Below are positions 61,763 through 64,000 of a stretch of DNA of 64,000 nt, piece by piece. A program made the position numbers and the translations under genes. Within the stretch, counting starts at the first letter, position 1. Every line of letters starts with the position of its first letter. Source of the stretch: Lama glama (Eukaryota); assembly GCA_028534125.1 (NCBI GenBank), contig CM052832.1:8930001-8994000 (forward strand), given 5' to 3'. The notes under the pieces were generated by a model. It did no database searches. It was not told the origin of the DNA and saw nothing but the letters and a program-made list of their open reading frames with translations.

Positions 61763-63418
61763 TTTTATTTATTTATTTTTATTTTTTTAACATTTTTTAT
61801 TGATTTATAATCATTTTACAATGTTGTGTCAAATTCCATTGTAGAGCACAATTTTTCAGTTATACATGAACATACATATATTCATTGTCACATTTTTTTC
61901 TCTGTGAGCTACTATAAGATCTTGTGTATATTTCCCTGTGCTATACAGTATAATCTTGTTTATCTATTCTACAATTTTGAAATCCCAGTCTATCCCTTCC
62001 CACCCCCCGCCCCCTTGGCAACCACAAGTTTGTATTTTGTGTCTATGAGTCTGTTTCTGTTTTGTATTTATGCTTTGTTTTTGTTTTTGTTTTAGATTCC
62101 ACATATGAGTGATCTCATATGGTATTTTTCTTTCTCTTTCTGGCTTATTTNNNNNNNNNNNNNNNNNNNNNNNNNNNNNNNNNNNNNNNNNNNNNNNNNN
62201 NNNNNNNNNNNNNNNNNNNNNNNNNNNNNNNNNNNNNNNNNNNNNNNNNNNNNNNNNNNNNNNNNNNNNNNNNNNNNNNNNNNNNNNNNNNNNNNNNNNN
62301 NNNNNNNNNNNNNNNNNNNNNNNNNNNNNNNNNNNNNNNNNNNNNNNNNNNNNNNNNNNNNNNNNNNNNNNNNNNNNNNNNNNNNNNNNNNNNNNNNNNN
62401 NNNNNNNNNNNNNNNNNNNNNNNNNNNNNNNNNNNNNNNNNNNNNNNNNNNNNNNNNNNNNNNNNNNNNNNNNNNNNNNNNNNNNNNNNNNNNNNNNNNN
62501 NNNNNNNNNNNNNNNNNNNNNNNNNNNNNNNNNNNNNNNNNNNNNNNNNNNNNNNNNNNNNNNNNNNNNNNNNNNNNNNNNNNNNNNNNNNNNNNNNNNN
62601 NNNNNNNNNNNNNNNNNNNNNNNNNNNNNNNNNNNNNNNNNNNNNNNNNNTAGAATGACATTCTCCAGGAGCATCCATGTTGCTGCAAATGGCGTTATGT
62701 TGTCAGTTTTTATGGCTGAGTAGTATTCCATTGTATAAATATACCACATCTTCTTTATCCAGTCGCCTGTTGATGGACACTTAGGCTGTTTCCATGTCTT
62801 GGCTATTGTAAATAGTGCTGCTATGAACATTGGGGTGCAGGTGTCATTTTGAAGTAGGGTTCCTTCTGGATATATGCCCAGGAGCAGGATTCCTAGGTCA
62901 TATGGTAAGTCTATTCCTAGTCTTTTGAGGAATCTTCATACTGTTTTCCACAGTGGCTGCACCGAACTGCATTCCCACCAGCAGTGAAGGAGGGTTCCCT
63001 TTTCTCCACAGCTTCTCCAGCATTTGTCATTTGCAGATTTTTGAATGATGGCCATTCTGACTGGTGTCAGGTGATACCTCACTGTAGTTTTGGTTTGCAT
63101 TTCTCTGATAATTAGTGATATTGAGCATTTTTTTCATGTGCCTATTGATCATTTGTATGTCTTCCTTGGAGAATTGCTTGTTTAGGTCTTCTGCCCATTT
63201 TTGGATTGGGTTGTTTGTTTTTTTCTTATTAAGTCGTATGAGCTGCTTATATATTCTGGAGATCAAGCCTTTGTCGGTTTCATTCGCAAAAATTTTTCCC
63301 AGTCTGTAGGTTGTCTTTTTGTTTTACTTATGGTTTCCTTTGCTGTGCAGAAGCTTGTAAGTTTCATTAGGTCCCATTTGTTTATTCTTGCTTTTGTTTC
63401 TATTGCTTGAGTAGACTG
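61763..63418 (-). mobile_element. Young 5'-truncated L1 (ORF2 C-terminus plus 3'UTR)
   Basis: ORF2 peptides [31 protein letters not shown]...QKWAEDLN and [39 protein letters not shown]-rich tail appears as a T-rich tract at 61763-61800. Confidence 0.95.
62151..62650. other. Assembly gap (500 N) inside the L1
   Basis: Run of N. Confidence 1.
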
Positions 63419-64000
63419 TAAGGCTTGGAGTCTTAAGGGGCACCTGAACATTTCCTAGGAAAGACCTAGGGGGTTTGGGAAGCATAGGTCACTGTGTTCT
63501 TGTTAATTTTGGCTTAAATTGAAAAAAATGAGCTGTATATGGTCTGAACAAAACTTTTGCTAGTGAAATGAGACTGAATTATTCAGTTCCAAAGAATAAA
63601 GGGACATTTTGCTCCTCTGGCCACAAGGAGTCCTCAGGCAACTGAAGACCTCGTGGAAATGTCTGCGGATCAGTCCTCATGATGTGCAGCGGTCCTATAG
63701 GGGAGACCCACCACGACCATTAAGTACTGCTCTTGGAGGGGGGTCATGGGGAGGGGCACGACAAAGGCTAATCCCCCAGCATTCCCAGCACCCATGATGG
63801 TTTAAGGCTGTCATTGGGAGAAATTGAGCCACATAAAAGAATTTGACTCACCCAAGGGTAACCCCTTGGGGAGCGAGACTCAGAGCAGCACACGTGTGAT
63901 CCACCACACTGTCCTCAGAAAGTTGTTCAGATCATGTCTCTTATCCCATATCTGAAACTAATACTGGGAAATTGTGCCTCAGGCCAAGCAACTCCTATTT

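Larger units (their letters stand above)
61029..64000 (+). mobile_element. ERV: 5' LTR (61029-61454), PBS and internal leader, interrupted by an L1
   Basis: TGTGA...TCACA LTR with AGTAAA. PBS-like TGTTGTAGTTAGCAGGAT at 61458-61475; splice-donor-like GGTGAGT near 61581. ERV-like sequence resumes after 63419. Confidence 0.6.

Noticed and set aside
61964..62830. Long ORFs spanning 62151-62650
   Set aside because: Artefacts of translating through the N gap. Only the L1 ORF2 part is meaningful.

Overview
Mammalian genomic window, most likely camelid, judging from several tRNA-Ala-derived Vic-1-like SINEs. It is syntenic, in reverse orientation, with human 6p21.1. Gene order: the first two coding exons of PPP2R5D (-); complete PEX6 (+, 17 exons, 980 aa); complete GNMT (-, 6 exons, 295 aa), converging tail-to-tail on PEX6; complete CNPY3 (-, 6 exons, 282 aa, ends PDEL); complete PTCRA (-, 4 exons, 282 aa) with a likely upstream enhancer; and single-exon C6orf226/PEX39 (+, 110 aa, KPWE motif). 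I placed all exon boundaries on GT-AG sites, and the lengths of the complete genes sum to intact reading frames. The rest is interspersed repeats (SINE, L1, L2/L3, MIR, MER, LTR/ERV) and two N gaps. I see no wholly new multi-gene system. The most interesting signals are frameshifted C-termini in PTCRA and PEX39 relative to human, loss of a functionally important pre-TCRa arginine, an apparent L1 3' transduction with target-site duplication, an unidentified processed retrocopy in a PPP2R5D intron, overlapping convergent PEX6/GNMT 3' ends, and LTRs bracketing PEX39. Human and mouse comparisons and repeat family names are from memory and need alignment to confirm.
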